From NCBI GenBank assembly GCA_043820925.1, contig JBDRDL010000003.1, positions 1 through 30,510 on the forward strand: a stretch of 30,510 bases of DNA, in the 5' to 3' direction. Both the position numbers and the translations under genes were made by a program. Under the pieces are notes generated by a model, which had not been told where the DNA came from, made no database searches, and saw only the letters and a program-made list of their open reading frames with translations. How positions within the stretch are numbered: position 1 is the first letter of the stretch; each line of letters begins with the position of its first letter. This document shows, in pieces, positions 9,064 to 18,120 of this stretch. The DNA comes from Methanobacteriota archaeon. GTDB taxonomy: Archaea > Hydrothermarchaeota > Hydrothermarchaeia > Hydrothermarchaeales > JACRDW01.

Positions 9064-10095
9064 ATGGGAGTTCAACTTGCGGATTTGATATCCCCAAAGC
9101 CCATAGAGTTCGAGGCTATGAGAGGTAAAAAAATCGCAATAGATGCGATGAATTCTCTTTACCAGTTTCTATCCATTATAAGGCAGCCGACTGGAGAGCT
9201 TCTGAGCGACAGCGCAGGCAGGATAACTTCCCATCTCTCAGGCTTGTTTTACAGAAATATACACCTCCTGGAGTACGGCATCCTGCCAATCTATGTTTTC
9301 GACGGCAAGCCGCCGGGGCTGAAGGGCGAAGTGGTTGAAAAGCGCAGCGAGATTAGAGAAGTTGCAAGAGAAAAGTGGAAAACTGCGCTTGCGGAGCAGC
9401 GATACGAAGAGGCTAAATTATATGCCCAGCAGTCTTCCAGAATCAATGAGGAGATGCTCTTGGATTCGAAGCTCCTTCTGGAGTATATGGGCATTCCATG
9501 TGTTCAGGCGCCAAGCGAGGGCGAGGCGCAAGCAGTGTCCGTGGTTCTGCGCAACGATGCGTGGGCAGTAGGCAGCCAGGACTACGATTCCCTGCTATTC
9601 GGCTCTCCAAGGCTTGTGCGCAACCTAACGATTTCCGGCAGGAGAAAGCTGCCGAGAAGAAATGCCTACATCGATATAAAGCCTGAGATATTCTACCTAG
9701 AAGATGCCCTGCGGAATTTGGGCATTAATAGGGAGCAGTTGATTGAAATAGGAATCCTGATAGGAACAGACTACAATCCAAAAGGAGTAGAAGGAATAGG
9801 ACCGAAGAAGGCGTACAGCTTGGTAAAAGAGTTCGGCAGTGCTAAGAGTGCGCTGCAGCAGAAGAATATTTCCGTGCACTTCGACGTAGATGAGATAAAA
9901 AATATTTTTTTGAGCCACGAAACGACAAAGGAGTATAAACTCGAATGGAATGCCCCGAATGAGGAAAAACTCATAGAGTTTTTGTGCGAGGAGCACGACT
10001 TCTCTCGAGAGCGGGTGAAAAATGCTTTAGAAAAGCTGAGAAAATCAGAAGAAATAAAGCGGCAGCGTAGCTTGGATGCATGGTTTAAAACCTAG
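9064..10095 (+). CDS. fen: Flap endonuclease 1
   Basis: MGVQL, IDAMNSLYQFL, SHLSGLFYR, APSEGEAQA, SQDYDSLLFG, GTDYN, C-terminal PIP box QRSLDAWF. Confidence 0.97.
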   Translation: MGVQLADLISPKPIEFEAMRGKKIAIDAMNSLYQFLSIIRQPTGELLSDSAGRITSHLSGLFYRNIHLLEYGILPIYVFDGKPPGLKGEVVEKRSEIREVAREKWKTALAEQRYEEAKLYAQQSSRINEEMLLDSKLLLEYMGIPCVQAPSEGEAQAVSVVLRNDAWAVGSQDYDSLLFGSPRLVRNLTISGRRKLPRRNAYIDIKPEIFYLEDALRNLGINREQLIEIGILIGTDYNPKGVEGIGPKKAYSLVKEFGSAKSALQQKNISVHFDVDEIKNIFLSHETTKEYKLEWNAPNEEKLIEFLCEEHDFSRERVKNALEKLRKSEEIKRQRSLDAWFKT

Positions 10096-10097
10096 GG

Positions 10098-10457
10098 TCA
10101 TCTCCCTAGAGTTTTCTCTCTCAAACTCCTGAAATCCTTGAAGGGCAGTTCTTTCCCTGAAGCCATGCCTAGCTTTCTCCAGTGTACCTTGCGGCATATA
10201 TCAGAGAGCAGCTCTGACAGTTTTTTCTTTGCTTCCTCTCTCTCCATTTCTTTTCTTCCTTCATAGAAAGCGCTGAACGTTTTTAAGTAGTTTCTCATCT
10301 CCTCGTCCTGAGGATACTTTTTCGCAATTTTTTCCAAGTCGCTCAGCACTAAGCCGAGCGCAAACTCGCAGTCTGTAATTTTGTCATCGATAAACGAGTA
10401 GTAGGCGGCTTCCAATTTTTCTGAAATCTCCTCAATTGTGTATGCGCTTGCAATCAT
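10098..10457 (-). CDS. Hypothetical helical protein
   Basis: 119-aa ORF filling the gap between neighbours; no motif recognised. Confidence 0.6.
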   Translation of the reverse strand: MIASAYTIEEISEKLEAAYYSFIDDKITDCEFALGLVLSDLEKIAKKYPQDEEMRNYLKTFSAFYEGRKEMEREEAKKKLSELLSDICRKVHWRKLGMASGKELPFKDFRSLREKTLGR

Positions 10458-10496
10458 AGTTATAATTATATACCAGTTGCTTTATAAGGTTTGTTG

Positions 10497-11015
10497 ATGA
10501 AGTGCAGAATTTGCAACGCAGAGCTGCAGGACAGGTGGGGATTCTGTCCTTACTGCGGCTCTAACAAAGTCGGGCTCAGAGGAGATTCCGAAGAGGTTTT
10601 GGATGCTTTGGAGGAGAGTCTCAGGAACATTTTTGGAGGGAATTTGCTAACAGATTTTCCATTTGGAAAGGGCTTCATGGTCGAGATATCTCAGGAGAGA
10701 GGCAGACCGAAAGTTTCTGTCAGGGAGCTTGAAGGAAATTTTTTAAAAGAGGAAGAAAAATACGAGCGTCCGATTCCAAAAAATTCTGAAGTTGTTGAGC
10801 CGAAAGTCTCTATGAGGGAAGGGGGCAAGACAGTAGAAGTATTCCTTCCGAATGTCAAGTCTGAAGGTGACATCTCCATTAAAAAATTTGAGAACTCCAT
10901 AGAAATTCGTGCCTTCTCTGACAAGAAAGTTTATTTTGCAATAATTCCGATAAGATTTCCTTACCTCACCAAACAAAAATTTGAGAATAACATGCTGATA
11001 CTAAATTTTTCGTAG
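10497..11015 (+). CDS. Zn-ribbon plus Hsp20/alpha-crystallin-like domain protein
   Basis: N-terminal CRIC...FCPYCG; C-terminal VVEP...VEVFLPNVKSEGDI...SIEIRA...YFAII...FENNML. Confidence 0.7.
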   Translation: MKCRICNAELQDRWGFCPYCGSNKVGLRGDSEEVLDALEESLRNIFGGNLLTDFPFGKGFMVEISQERGRPKVSVRELEGNFLKEEEKYERPIPKNSEVVEPKVSMREGGKTVEVFLPNVKSEGDISIKKFENSIEIRAFSDKKVYFAIIPIRFPYLTKQKFENNMLILNFS

Positions 11016-11068
11016 TTACAAAAAACTTTTATTAGGATAAAAAATATAACATTCATGCCTTTTAAAAA

Positions 11069-11187
11069 GGGGGTATGGTGTAGCGGCTATCATAGCAGGC
11101 TCCAGACGTTCGCTTCGCTCACGTACTCGCTGCGCGAGCGCAATGCGGAAAAACCTGCGGACCTGGGTTCAAGTCCCAGTACCCCCA
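11069..11187 (+). tRNA. trnW: tRNA-Trp(CCA) with 47-nt intron at 37/38 (11106-11152)
   Basis: GGGGGTA/TACCCCC acceptor, GCAGG/CCTGC anticodon stem, CT-CCA-G, GTTCAAGTC T-arm; relaxed BHB. Confidence 0.9.
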
Positions 11188-11205
11188 TTTGTCAGCACTT
11201 CATAG

Positions 11206-12024
11206 TCAAACTTTGTACTCCTCCTGAAGCAGCAGCGCATCTTCCTCTAAATTCGGGCTCTCGCAGATAACCGCCCCCTCCACTTTAAAATCCCTGAATG
11301 CCTTTAAGAGCTCCTTATATTTAAAGTCAGACTCCATCAAGTTCAGGTGCCTCTTCTCTCCAGCGTGACCGTACTCGATTCCAGATACATGCACCTGCAG
11401 ATTTTTGAGAGCTTCCCTGCCCAGCTCTTTCTCTATCTTTGCGAGTATCTCCGAGAATTCTTCGTAAGAGTTGTACGTCCTCGTTCTGGCATGGATGTGC
11501 GAGAAGTCAATGCAGGGCAGCACGTTTTTCAATTCCCTGCTGAGATTTATTATTTCCTCTATCGTTCCGAACTGCGTTTTCCTGCCGGTCGTCTCTGGTC
11601 TGAGGCATACATCTATTTTCCGTGCATCCAGCCATTCGAGTATTTCATTGAGCTGTTTTTTCACGACTTGATAGACTCTTTCCTTTGAATTTTTTTGATA
11701 ATACGCAGCGTGGAAGACTATGTCTCTGGCACCGCAGAGCGCCCCAATCCTCGCAGAATCCTTTATCCTCTGGGTGCTTGCAACTGCTTTTTCTTTTTCA
11801 CTCGAGTTAAGGTTGATGAAGTACGGAGCATGAACGCTGAGCGCAACTTTCTCTTTTTCCGCAATTTTCCTTACTTCCCCTGCCGTGCCTTCTCCCATCT
11901 TCACTCCTCTGACGAATTCTATCTCCATACACCCCAGCCCAAGCTCCCCTATTCTGGAAATTCCGGATGCGGTATCTCTCGCCTTTGAGCTTATCGGAAC
12001 GCCCGCTGTGCCAAAGAGCAGCAT
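11206..12024 (-). CDS. nfo: Endonuclease IV-family AP endonuclease (TIM barrel)
   Basis: MLLFGTAG, SVHAPYFINL, FHAAYY, PETTG, IDFSHIHAR, HVSGIEY, ICESP; ATG 12024 rather than the track start 12138. Confidence 0.85.
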   Translation of the reverse strand: MLLFGTAGVPISSKARDTASGISRIGELGLGCMEIEFVRGVKMGEGTAGEVRKIAEKEKVALSVHAPYFINLNSSEKEKAVASTQRIKDSARIGALCGARDIVFHAAYYQKNSKERVYQVVKKQLNEILEWLDARKIDVCLRPETTGRKTQFGTIEEIINLSRELKNVLPCIDFSHIHARTRTYNSYEEFSEILAKIEKELGREALKNLQVHVSGIEYGHAGEKRHLNLMESDFKYKELLKAFRDFKVEGAVICESPNLEEDALLLQEEYKV

Positions 12025-12063
12025 GATAATAAATATGGAAATCGATGTAAATAAAACTAATGA

Positions 12064-12324
12064 GCAAGCTGGGCAGTTCCCAAGGAGCCTCCAACCCACA
12101 GAGGTATCAAGAGGCTTGCAATACAGACTGAAGACCATCCCCTCGATTACGCTGACTTCGAGGGAGAAATTCCAGAAGGCTTGTACGGCACAGGCAGGGT
12201 TGAAATCTGGGATAGGGGAGGCTGCAAGCTGAAGGAGAAGACAGAAAACAAGATAGAATTTACCCTGTACGGAGATAAGCTTAAGGGTGATTACGTTTTA
12301 ATAAAATACAAAAAAAGTGAGAGA
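12064..12324 (+). pseudogene. Truncated LigD 3'-phosphoesterase domain, in frame with the downstream Nudix gene
   Basis: SWAVPKEPP...KRLAIQTEDHPLDYADFEGEIPEGLYGTGRVEIWDRG...LKGDYVL; in-frame TGA at 12061 upstream; the N-terminal H..H.DFRL segment is missing. Confidence 0.75.
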
Positions 12325-12753
12325 ATGCCAGTAGAAAAATCAGCAGGAGCAGTGATTTTCAGGAAAAACGACGGGATAAAGTACCTGCTGCTGCACTACG
12401 CAGGTGCGCACCGTACAGGTACGCACTGGGATTTTGTTAAGGGAAACGTAGAGGAAGGTGAAGAAGAAAAGGCCACGGTTGCGAGGGAGATAGAGGAAGA
12501 GACAGGAATCAAAGACATAAACTTCATCGAAGGTTTTAGAGAATCGATAAACTATTTTTACAAAAGGGAGAAGAGGCTGATTTACAAGGAGGTAGTTTTT
12601 TATCTGGTACAAACGAGGAGTGAGGAAGTGAAATTGTCCTACGAGCACGTCGGCTACGAATGGCTGGGCTATGAGGAAGCGATGCAGAGATTGACCTACA
12701 GAAATGCCAGAAATGTGCTCAGAAAGGCACACGAATTATTATTTTCGGTGTAG
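12325..12753 (+). CDS. Nudix hydrolase (Ap4A hydrolase-like)
   Basis: MPVEKSAGAVIF, YLLLHY, WDFVKGNVEEGE...AREIEEETG, LSYEH. Confidence 0.88.
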   Translation: MPVEKSAGAVIFRKNDGIKYLLLHYAGAHRTGTHWDFVKGNVEEGEEEKATVAREIEEETGIKDINFIEGFRESINYFYKREKRLIYKEVVFYLVQTRSEEVKLSYEHVGYEWLGYEEAMQRLTYRNARNVLRKAHELLFSV

Positions 12754-13318
12754 CGATTATATCGATGCGCTGGTCGTGCTCTTCGAATGGAATTTTCTCT
12801 ACTATTTGCATCTCGTACACGGTGGTAGCTACAGGTATATCTCCAAACTTTTCTCTGAAAGTTTTTATTTCCCTGTCTCCGTAGCCCCCTCCCTTCCCCA
12901 GCCTGTAGCCAGCGCTGTTCACCGCAACGCAGCCCGTGATTATTAAATCCGGCTTTTCCAGTTTTTCAATCCTCTCCCCGAACTCAAATGCGCCTTTTAT
13001 GGTGGAGGCGATGCTTTCTTTTCCTTTGACTTTATTCGGATTGATTTTTATATAACCATGCTTCAATCTCGGGGAAGCCATTATCAAGATTTTTCCATCT
13101 CGCAGCGCAAGCTCTCTCACCTTCTTCTGCGCATAGTCAGGATTTGCAACTATTACCCTTGCTTCCTTCCATTCCTGTGTTTCTGCAAGCCTCTCAGCAG
13201 CTTTTTCAGAGTCCTCGAAATTTGGAATCCTCCCGAAGCAGGGCAGAGGAAACCTTGCAATACCTTGTTCCTCCATCAGCCTCCAGATTTTCTCCCTCAA
13301 CGCCTGCTTTTCAAGCAT
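12719..13318 (-). CDS. 5-formyltetrahydrofolate cyclo-ligase family protein (archaeal paralog type)
   Basis: KQALREKIW, GRIPNF, NPDYAQ, GCVAV...RLGKGGGYGD, HDQRIDIIATP. Confidence 0.85.
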   Translation of the reverse strand: MLEKQALREKIWRLMEEQGIARFPLPCFGRIPNFEDSEKAAERLAETQEWKEARVIVANPDYAQKKVRELALRDGKILIMASPRLKHGYIKINPNKVKGKESIASTIKGAFEFGERIEKLEKPDLIITGCVAVNSAGYRLGKGGGYGDREIKTFREKFGDIPVATTVYEMQIVEKIPFEEHDQRIDIIATPKIIIRVPF

Positions 13319-13350
13319 GATTTAAATTCTAAAGGTGAGTTAATATAATT

Positions 13351-13875
13351 ATGGAAAAGCCAAAGCTCCTGCTGCACGTCTGCTGCGCCCCCTGCTCCAC
13401 GCACGTAATCGAAACACTGAAGGAATTTGATATCGTTGCGTACTTCTACAATCCAAATATACATCCCGCCGAGGAGTACAAGCTTCGTTTAAAAAATCTG
13501 AAAAAGCTCGGAGTTACATTCGTTGAAGGAAAATACGACGTGGATGCATGGTTCAGAGCAACGAGAGGTTATGAAAACGAGCCAGAGGGCGGTGCAAGGT
13601 GTGAAATCTGCTATCGCCTTCGCATGGGAGAAACTGCAATGTTTGCAAAGAAGAAAGGCTATGATTACTTCGCAACAACACTCACAATAAGCCCGCACAA
13701 AAGTGCGAGAGCAATAAACTCCATCGGCGAGGAGCTTTCAAAAAAATACGGGGTAAAATTCTACAGCGCAGATTTCAAAAAGAAAAACGGGTTCAAAAAA
13801 AGCGTCGAGCTGAGCAAAAAGTATGAATTATATCGGCAGAGGTACTGCGGGTGTGTGTTTAGCATGCGCCGGTAA
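13351..13875 (+). CDS. queH: Epoxyqueuosine reductase QueH (DUF208)
   Basis: LLHVCCAPCS, FYNPNIHP..EY, RCEICY..R, FATTLTISPHK, YRQRYCGCVFS. Confidence 0.92.
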   Translation: MEKPKLLLHVCCAPCSTHVIETLKEFDIVAYFYNPNIHPAEEYKLRLKNLKKLGVTFVEGKYDVDAWFRATRGYENEPEGGARCEICYRLRMGETAMFAKKKGYDYFATTLTISPHKSARAINSIGEELSKKYGVKFYSADFKKKNGFKKSVELSKKYELYRQRYCGCVFSMRR

Positions 13876-14086
13876 TTGCTTGGTCATCTGCTCTCGGCTG
13901 TGAAAATGCTGTTGGTCTAACGAGCAAATGCGAAGAATGGAATACACTAGAACAAAATGTATCTATTTATCCATCTGAAGCTGCCCGCTTATTAAATCTT
14001 GCGCATAACAACGCTTCCGCGCTGTCCTTTGCGCAGGGGTCGAATCAAAATGTTTATATACTAAAAAAATACTATAATAGTATATA

Positions 14087-14350
14087 GTGGAAAAAATGAA
14101 GTACGACATCCACGGCATACCTATAAAAATCAAGTTCCACGCTTCGCAGCGCATCGCAGAGAGGGTGGGCGAGGAATGCTCAAGCATCGAAGAGCAGATT
14201 TACTTCATCCGGCGGCTTATCAAAGAAGGTAAAGTTGTCCGTAAGGTTACTAAAGATGGTGAAGTCGGTATGATTCAGAAGGGAAAATATAGAGCCAAGT
14301 TCACGATTCGCGGAGGCGTGCTGTGGGTGCTTACAATCGAGGAGGATTGA
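14087..14350 (+). CDS. Small basic hypothetical protein, possible toxin of a toxin-antitoxin pair
   Basis: 87 aa, FHASQRIAER motif reminiscent of DUF4258/RelE-like proteins; 1 bp from the AbrB-domain gene; ATG alternative at 14096. Confidence 0.5.
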   Translation: MEKMKYDIHGIPIKIKFHASQRIAERVGEECSSIEEQIYFIRRLIKEGKVVRKVTKDGEVGMIQKGKYRAKFTIRGGVLWVLTIEED

Positions 14351-14351
14351 T

Positions 14352-14675
14352 ATGACGAAGTGCATGAACTGTAACGTGGAAATGAAGGAAAAGTTAGTCG
14401 AGTGGAAGCCAGGTATTTATGTTCGCGCAGAGGTGTGCGAGAGGTGCGGTGAAAAGTGGCTCGACCTTGAAGAGCACGAACGAGCCGTAGCCGAGTTCGC
14501 CACACAAAACGTCACAAAACTCAGACGCAGTGTGATAAAACTCGGTACTTCGCTTGCTGTGCGCCTGCCTAAAGATATAGTGAATTCCCTAGGTCTGACG
14601 GAGAAGGACAAAATTGAGATATACAGCACCCGTGAGGGCATCGTGCTTAAAAAGGTTGGGCGGACGACGAGTTAG
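14352..14675 (+). CDS. YgiT/MqsA-type Zn finger fused to an AbrB/MazE DNA-binding domain (putative antitoxin)
   Basis: CMNC...VCERCGE; KLGTSLAVRLPKDIVNSLGLTEKDKIEI. Confidence 0.8.
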   Translation: MTKCMNCNVEMKEKLVEWKPGIYVRAEVCERCGEKWLDLEEHERAVAEFATQNVTKLRRSVIKLGTSLAVRLPKDIVNSLGLTEKDKIEIYSTREGIVLKKVGRTTS

Positions 14676-15617
14676 TTAGTGATACGCAGAGAGATGTTTA
14701 ATCCTCTTCAGCATGTTCGGATGCGTGCTCAATATTTCCATGAGCTTGTCTGATGCGCTGACTTTAACGCTTTTAGACCTTAAAGCAAGGAGCTCGTTCT
14801 GGTCTATCGTGCCGCTCAAGTCTGTATCGAACTGTTTCAATTCCTGTATCTCATAGAATGCTCTCGACGGGTCGCTTGCAAAAAATGCTTTATATCCTTC
14901 TACCTGCTTCAGCACGTCTTTAGAAACCCTTGCGCTTCCATAAACCAATTTATAGAGCGCACTTGCAAGATGATGGGGCTTGCTTCCCAGCTTAACGCTG
15001 CCTGCGTCTGCGTAGTACTCCCTTATTCTCGAGCCGTAGAGCACCAGCAAGTTGGTAATGAAGTAGAGCACGAAAGCAGCAATGCCGAGTGCTGCGCTAC
15101 TTCCTCTGTCCCTGCCGCTGCGAGACCACATTAAATTCCAGGACAGATACCACAGAATCATGGGCACAACGCTGAGCATGGTTATAACAGTTACGTCTCT
15201 ATGTTTGAGGTGCGAGATTTCATGCCCCAAAACTGCCTTTAATTCATCCTTGCTCAGCAGGCGCATTATCTGCTCTGTTACGCAAACCCTGCTGTCGCTC
15301 TTCCATCTTCCAAATGCAAAGGCGTTAGGAATAGGCAGTGGAGAAATGCCGATTTTCGGCTTAGGAAAGCCTGCTTTTTGTGCAAGCTCTTCAACCATTC
15401 TGTGAAGCTCTGGTGCTTCTTTCTCAGAGACATATTTTATCCTCATCGACCATTCTACCATTTTTGGTCCTATCATGTACTGAATGAAAAGCATAAAGGA
15501 TGCCATAATCGCATAAGGCATAAATCCCCATGCCCCTCCCGTGGCGGCTACTGCTACGGCATATATAATGCCGAACATCGCCCCAACAAGCAGATACATT
15601 TTAACTTGAAGCCACAT
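14676..15617 (-). CDS. htpX: Membrane zinc metalloprotease HtpX (M48)
   Basis: PNAFAFG, AVLGHEISH, SRIREYYAD, LASALYKL, STHP. Confidence 0.92.
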   Translation of the reverse strand: MWLQVKMYLLVGAMFGIIYAVAVAATGGAWGFMPYAIMASFMLFIQYMIGPKMVEWSMRIKYVSEKEAPELHRMVEELAQKAGFPKPKIGISPLPIPNAFAFGRWKSDSRVCVTEQIMRLLSKDELKAVLGHEISHLKHRDVTVITMLSVVPMILWYLSWNLMWSRSGRDRGSSAALGIAAFVLYFITNLLVLYGSRIREYYADAGSVKLGSKPHHLASALYKLVYGSARVSKDVLKQVEGYKAFFASDPSRAFYEIQELKQFDTDLSGTIDQNELLALRSKSVKVSASDKLMEILSTHPNMLKRIKHLSAYH

Positions 15618-15641
15618 TTTAAATCACTATCAAATTCTTCT

Positions 15642-16733
15642 CTACCCTCTGAAACTATTTTTGAATTCCTCGAATTCGCCGCTCGCTATTGCCTTTCTCG
15701 CTTCTTTCATTAAGTTCTGCAGGAAGTGCAAATTGTGCATGGTCATGAGTCTCATGCCCAGAGCCTCGTAAACTCTCAGCAAATGATTTATATACGCCCT
15801 CGAGTAGTTTTTGCAGGCATAGCACTTGCAGCCCTCTTCCAGTGGAGAGAAATCATGCACAAAGCGTCCTTTTGCAATGCTGTACTTTCCGCTCTTTGTG
15901 TAAACTGCATTATGCCTTGCATTTCTCGTAGGAAATGCGCTGTCGAATACGTCGATGCCCAGAGAAATCGATTCCAGCAGCTCTGCAGGAGAGCCGACGC
16001 CCATGAGATACCTCGGCTTTTCCGTTGGTATCGAAGGCATCATGTTTTTCAGAGTTTCAAACATAACTTCTTCAGATTCTCCAATCGACAGCCCCCCGAT
16101 TCCATAGCCGTCGAAATCCAGCTCCGCAAGTTTTTCTGCACTTTCTTTTCGCAAGTCATTAAAAACTCCTCCTTGAATTATTGCAAAAAGCATTTGCTTC
16201 TCGCTTGCGGAGTAAGTTCGTGAGCCTTTACATCTCACCGCCCAGTCCAGCGTTCTCTTCAAGGAGTCCTGCACATATTCGTGGTCGCTTCCATAGGAAG
16301 GGCAGTCGTCCAGCACCATCGCAACGTCGCTTCCGAGAGCTTCCTGTATTTCCATGCATTTCTCAGGAGTAAGCAGGTGCTTTGAGCCGTCAAATGGGGA
16401 GCGAAATTTAACCCCCTTCTTGCTTACCCCTAAAAGGAAATCCTTCCTGAGCATTTGATATCCGCCGCTGTCTGTGAAAATCGCCCTGCGCCAGCTCATA
16501 AATTCATGCAGGCTTCCTGCATTTGTGATAACCTCTACCCCCGGCTTCAGATACAGCAGAAAGGAATTTGCAATCAATGCCTGAGTATGCGTTTCGGCAA
16601 GCTCCTCTGAGCTGAGCGTTTTCACGCTTCCCTTCGTGGCAACCGGCATGAATGCAGGAGTATCGATTGCGCCGTGCGCAGTGTAAAGCTTTCCAACCCT
16701 TGCCCCGCCGTCTTCGTGGAGAATTTTGAACAT
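15642..16733 (-). CDS. tgt: Bacterial-type tRNA-guanine(34) transglycosylase
   Basis: 363 aa, no C-terminal PUA region; TPAFMPVAT, TDSGGYQ, MVLDDCP, IIQGG, GGLSIGE, PRYLMGVG, DVFD..FPTRNAR, CKCYAC...H Zn site. Confidence 0.93.
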   Translation of the reverse strand: MFKILHEDGGARVGKLYTAHGAIDTPAFMPVATKGSVKTLSSEELAETHTQALIANSFLLYLKPGVEVITNAGSLHEFMSWRRAIFTDSGGYQMLRKDFLLGVSKKGVKFRSPFDGSKHLLTPEKCMEIQEALGSDVAMVLDDCPSYGSDHEYVQDSLKRTLDWAVRCKGSRTYSASEKQMLFAIIQGGVFNDLRKESAEKLAELDFDGYGIGGLSIGESEEVMFETLKNMMPSIPTEKPRYLMGVGSPAELLESISLGIDVFDSAFPTRNARHNAVYTKSGKYSIAKGRFVHDFSPLEEGCKCYACKNYSRAYINHLLRVYEALGMRLMTMHNLHFLQNLMKEARKAIASGEFEEFKNSFRG

Positions 16734-16736
16734 GAT

Positions 16737-17726
16737 TCACCTCATTATAAACATAGCATCTCCAAAACTGTAAAATCTATAAGAGTTTTTTATTGCAATT
16801 TCATAAGCTTTCAGAATTCTTTCCCTGCCTACGTATGCGCAGACTAGAATCAGAGGCGTGGATTTAGGCAGATGAAAGTTAGTTATCAACCCACTTGTTC
16901 GAGTTTTGAATTTATATGGTGAAAAAATGAAAAGGTCAGACCGTCCAGAGGTTGCGCTTATTCTTCCTCTCTCGTCAGCCACGCTTTCGAGGGCTTTGAG
17001 TGTTGTGGTTCCAACTGCCACTACCCCTTCCCCCTCATTTATTATTTCTGCGTTCTTATCGTCTATCTCAAAATACTCAGCCTCTGCTTTGTGCTGGACG
17101 ATGTTCTCTACTTTCACAGGTGCAAATGTCCCTAAGCCTATGTGCAGAGTAATGGATGCGATTTTTATTCCTCTGCTTTCTACCTCTCCGAGCAGCTCTT
17201 TCGTGAAGTGCAAGCCTGCGGTTGGCGCTGCTATCGAGCCTGGATTTTTTGCATACACCGTCTGGTAGCGCTCCTTCTCTGTTTTTTGCTTTATGTAGGG
17301 CGGAGTTGGCGGCTCTCCATACTTTTCTAAGATTTCTTCAGCGCCGGCATTGAATTCAATTTCGAATTTGCCGCCAGCTGCGCCAGTTATCATCCCCTGT
17401 AAATCGTCCTCAAAAAAAATCTCGCTCCCGCTGCGCACCTTCCCTTTCACCAGGCAGTTCCATTTTGTTTCGCTCAATTTCGAGATGAGTAGAACCTCCA
17501 CCCTCCCTCCAGTTTTTTTCCTGCCGGCGATTCGTGCCGGTATAACCTTTGAGTCGTTGACCACGAGCACGTCGCAGTCTCTGAGGTAATCTACGAATTC
17601 GTAAAATTTTCTGTGCTCGATTTTGTCTCCGTTTAGCACCATGAGTCTAGAGGAGCTCCTCGGCTCAACTGGTGCCTGTGCTATAAGTTCTTTTGGCAAG
17701 CAGTAGTCGAAATCGTGCAGCTTCAT
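16737..17726 (-). CDS. queA: S-adenosylmethionine:tRNA ribosyltransferase-isomerase
   Basis: DFDYCLPKELIAQ, VVNDSKVIPAR, PPYIK, RYQTVYA, AAPTAGLHF, AVGTT, TNFHLPKST, YRFYSFGDAM; ATG 17726. Confidence 0.96.
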   Translation of the reverse strand: MKLHDFDYCLPKELIAQAPVEPRSSSRLMVLNGDKIEHRKFYEFVDYLRDCDVLVVNDSKVIPARIAGRKKTGGRVEVLLISKLSETKWNCLVKGKVRSGSEIFFEDDLQGMITGAAGGKFEIEFNAGAEEILEKYGEPPTPPYIKQKTEKERYQTVYAKNPGSIAAPTAGLHFTKELLGEVESRGIKIASITLHIGLGTFAPVKVENIVQHKAEAEYFEIDDKNAEIINEGEGVVAVGTTTLKALESVADERGRISATSGRSDLFIFSPYKFKTRTSGLITNFHLPKSTPLILVCAYVGRERILKAYEIAIKNSYRFYSFGDAMFIMR

Positions 17727-17766
17727 AATTCGCAAACCTTATTAATCCTGTTATATATCGTTAATT

Positions 17767-18102
17767 ATGGAATATATATTGTACTTCATTACTGGCGGGA
17801 GCATAGTAACGATTGTTGCATGGCTGGCTAGGATGGGGCATCCCTTCCTTTCTGGCATAGCCTTGGTCTTTCCGAGCATTACCTTGGTGTCTTTTTATTT
17901 CTTGGGCAAGTCGGTTGGAAGAGAAGCGGTTTCTACGAGCGCAAAATCTGCACTGCTCGCCACCTTCTTTTTATGGCTGCCTTATATGACTGCCATAGTA
18001 TATCTCATCCCAAGATTCGGGGTGAATAAGGCTCTTGTCCTTGCGCTGGCGGTTTTTTTAATGCTTGCGCTGATATATGTAAAGTTTATTACGTTAAGAT
18101 AA
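17767..18102 (+). CDS. Small 4-TM membrane protein (DUF3147/GlpM-like)
   Basis: YFITGGSIV...LSGIALVFPSITL; four hydrophobic segments. Confidence 0.65.
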   Translation: MEYILYFITGGSIVTIVAWLARMGHPFLSGIALVFPSITLVSFYFLGKSVGREAVSTSAKSALLATFFLWLPYMTAIVYLIPRFGVNKALVLALAVFLMLALIYVKFITLR

Positions 18103-18120
18103 ACTCAAGGAAAGAGGAAA

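Noticed and set aside
11055..11270. 71-aa ORF; likewise the 98-aa ORF at 19256-19552
   Set aside because: They overlap tRNA-Trp and tRNA-His respectively.
13900..14045. gtctaac and gcataac motifs resembling integron attC core sites
   Set aside because: I found no complementary partner site or L-box pairing, and no integrase in the window; 7-mers are expected by chance.
16195..16228. Possible in-frame hairpin insert in tgt (SRTYSASE) sharing 13 nt with 23S at 22390
   Set aside because: A 13-nt match is expected by chance in 30 kb, the fold is weak, and this loop varies among Tgt proteins; an ortholog alignment is needed.
15642..16733. Interpreting tgt as archaeosine TGT
   Set aside because: It lacks the C-terminal PUA region and GGVVP motif, and is adjacent to queA.
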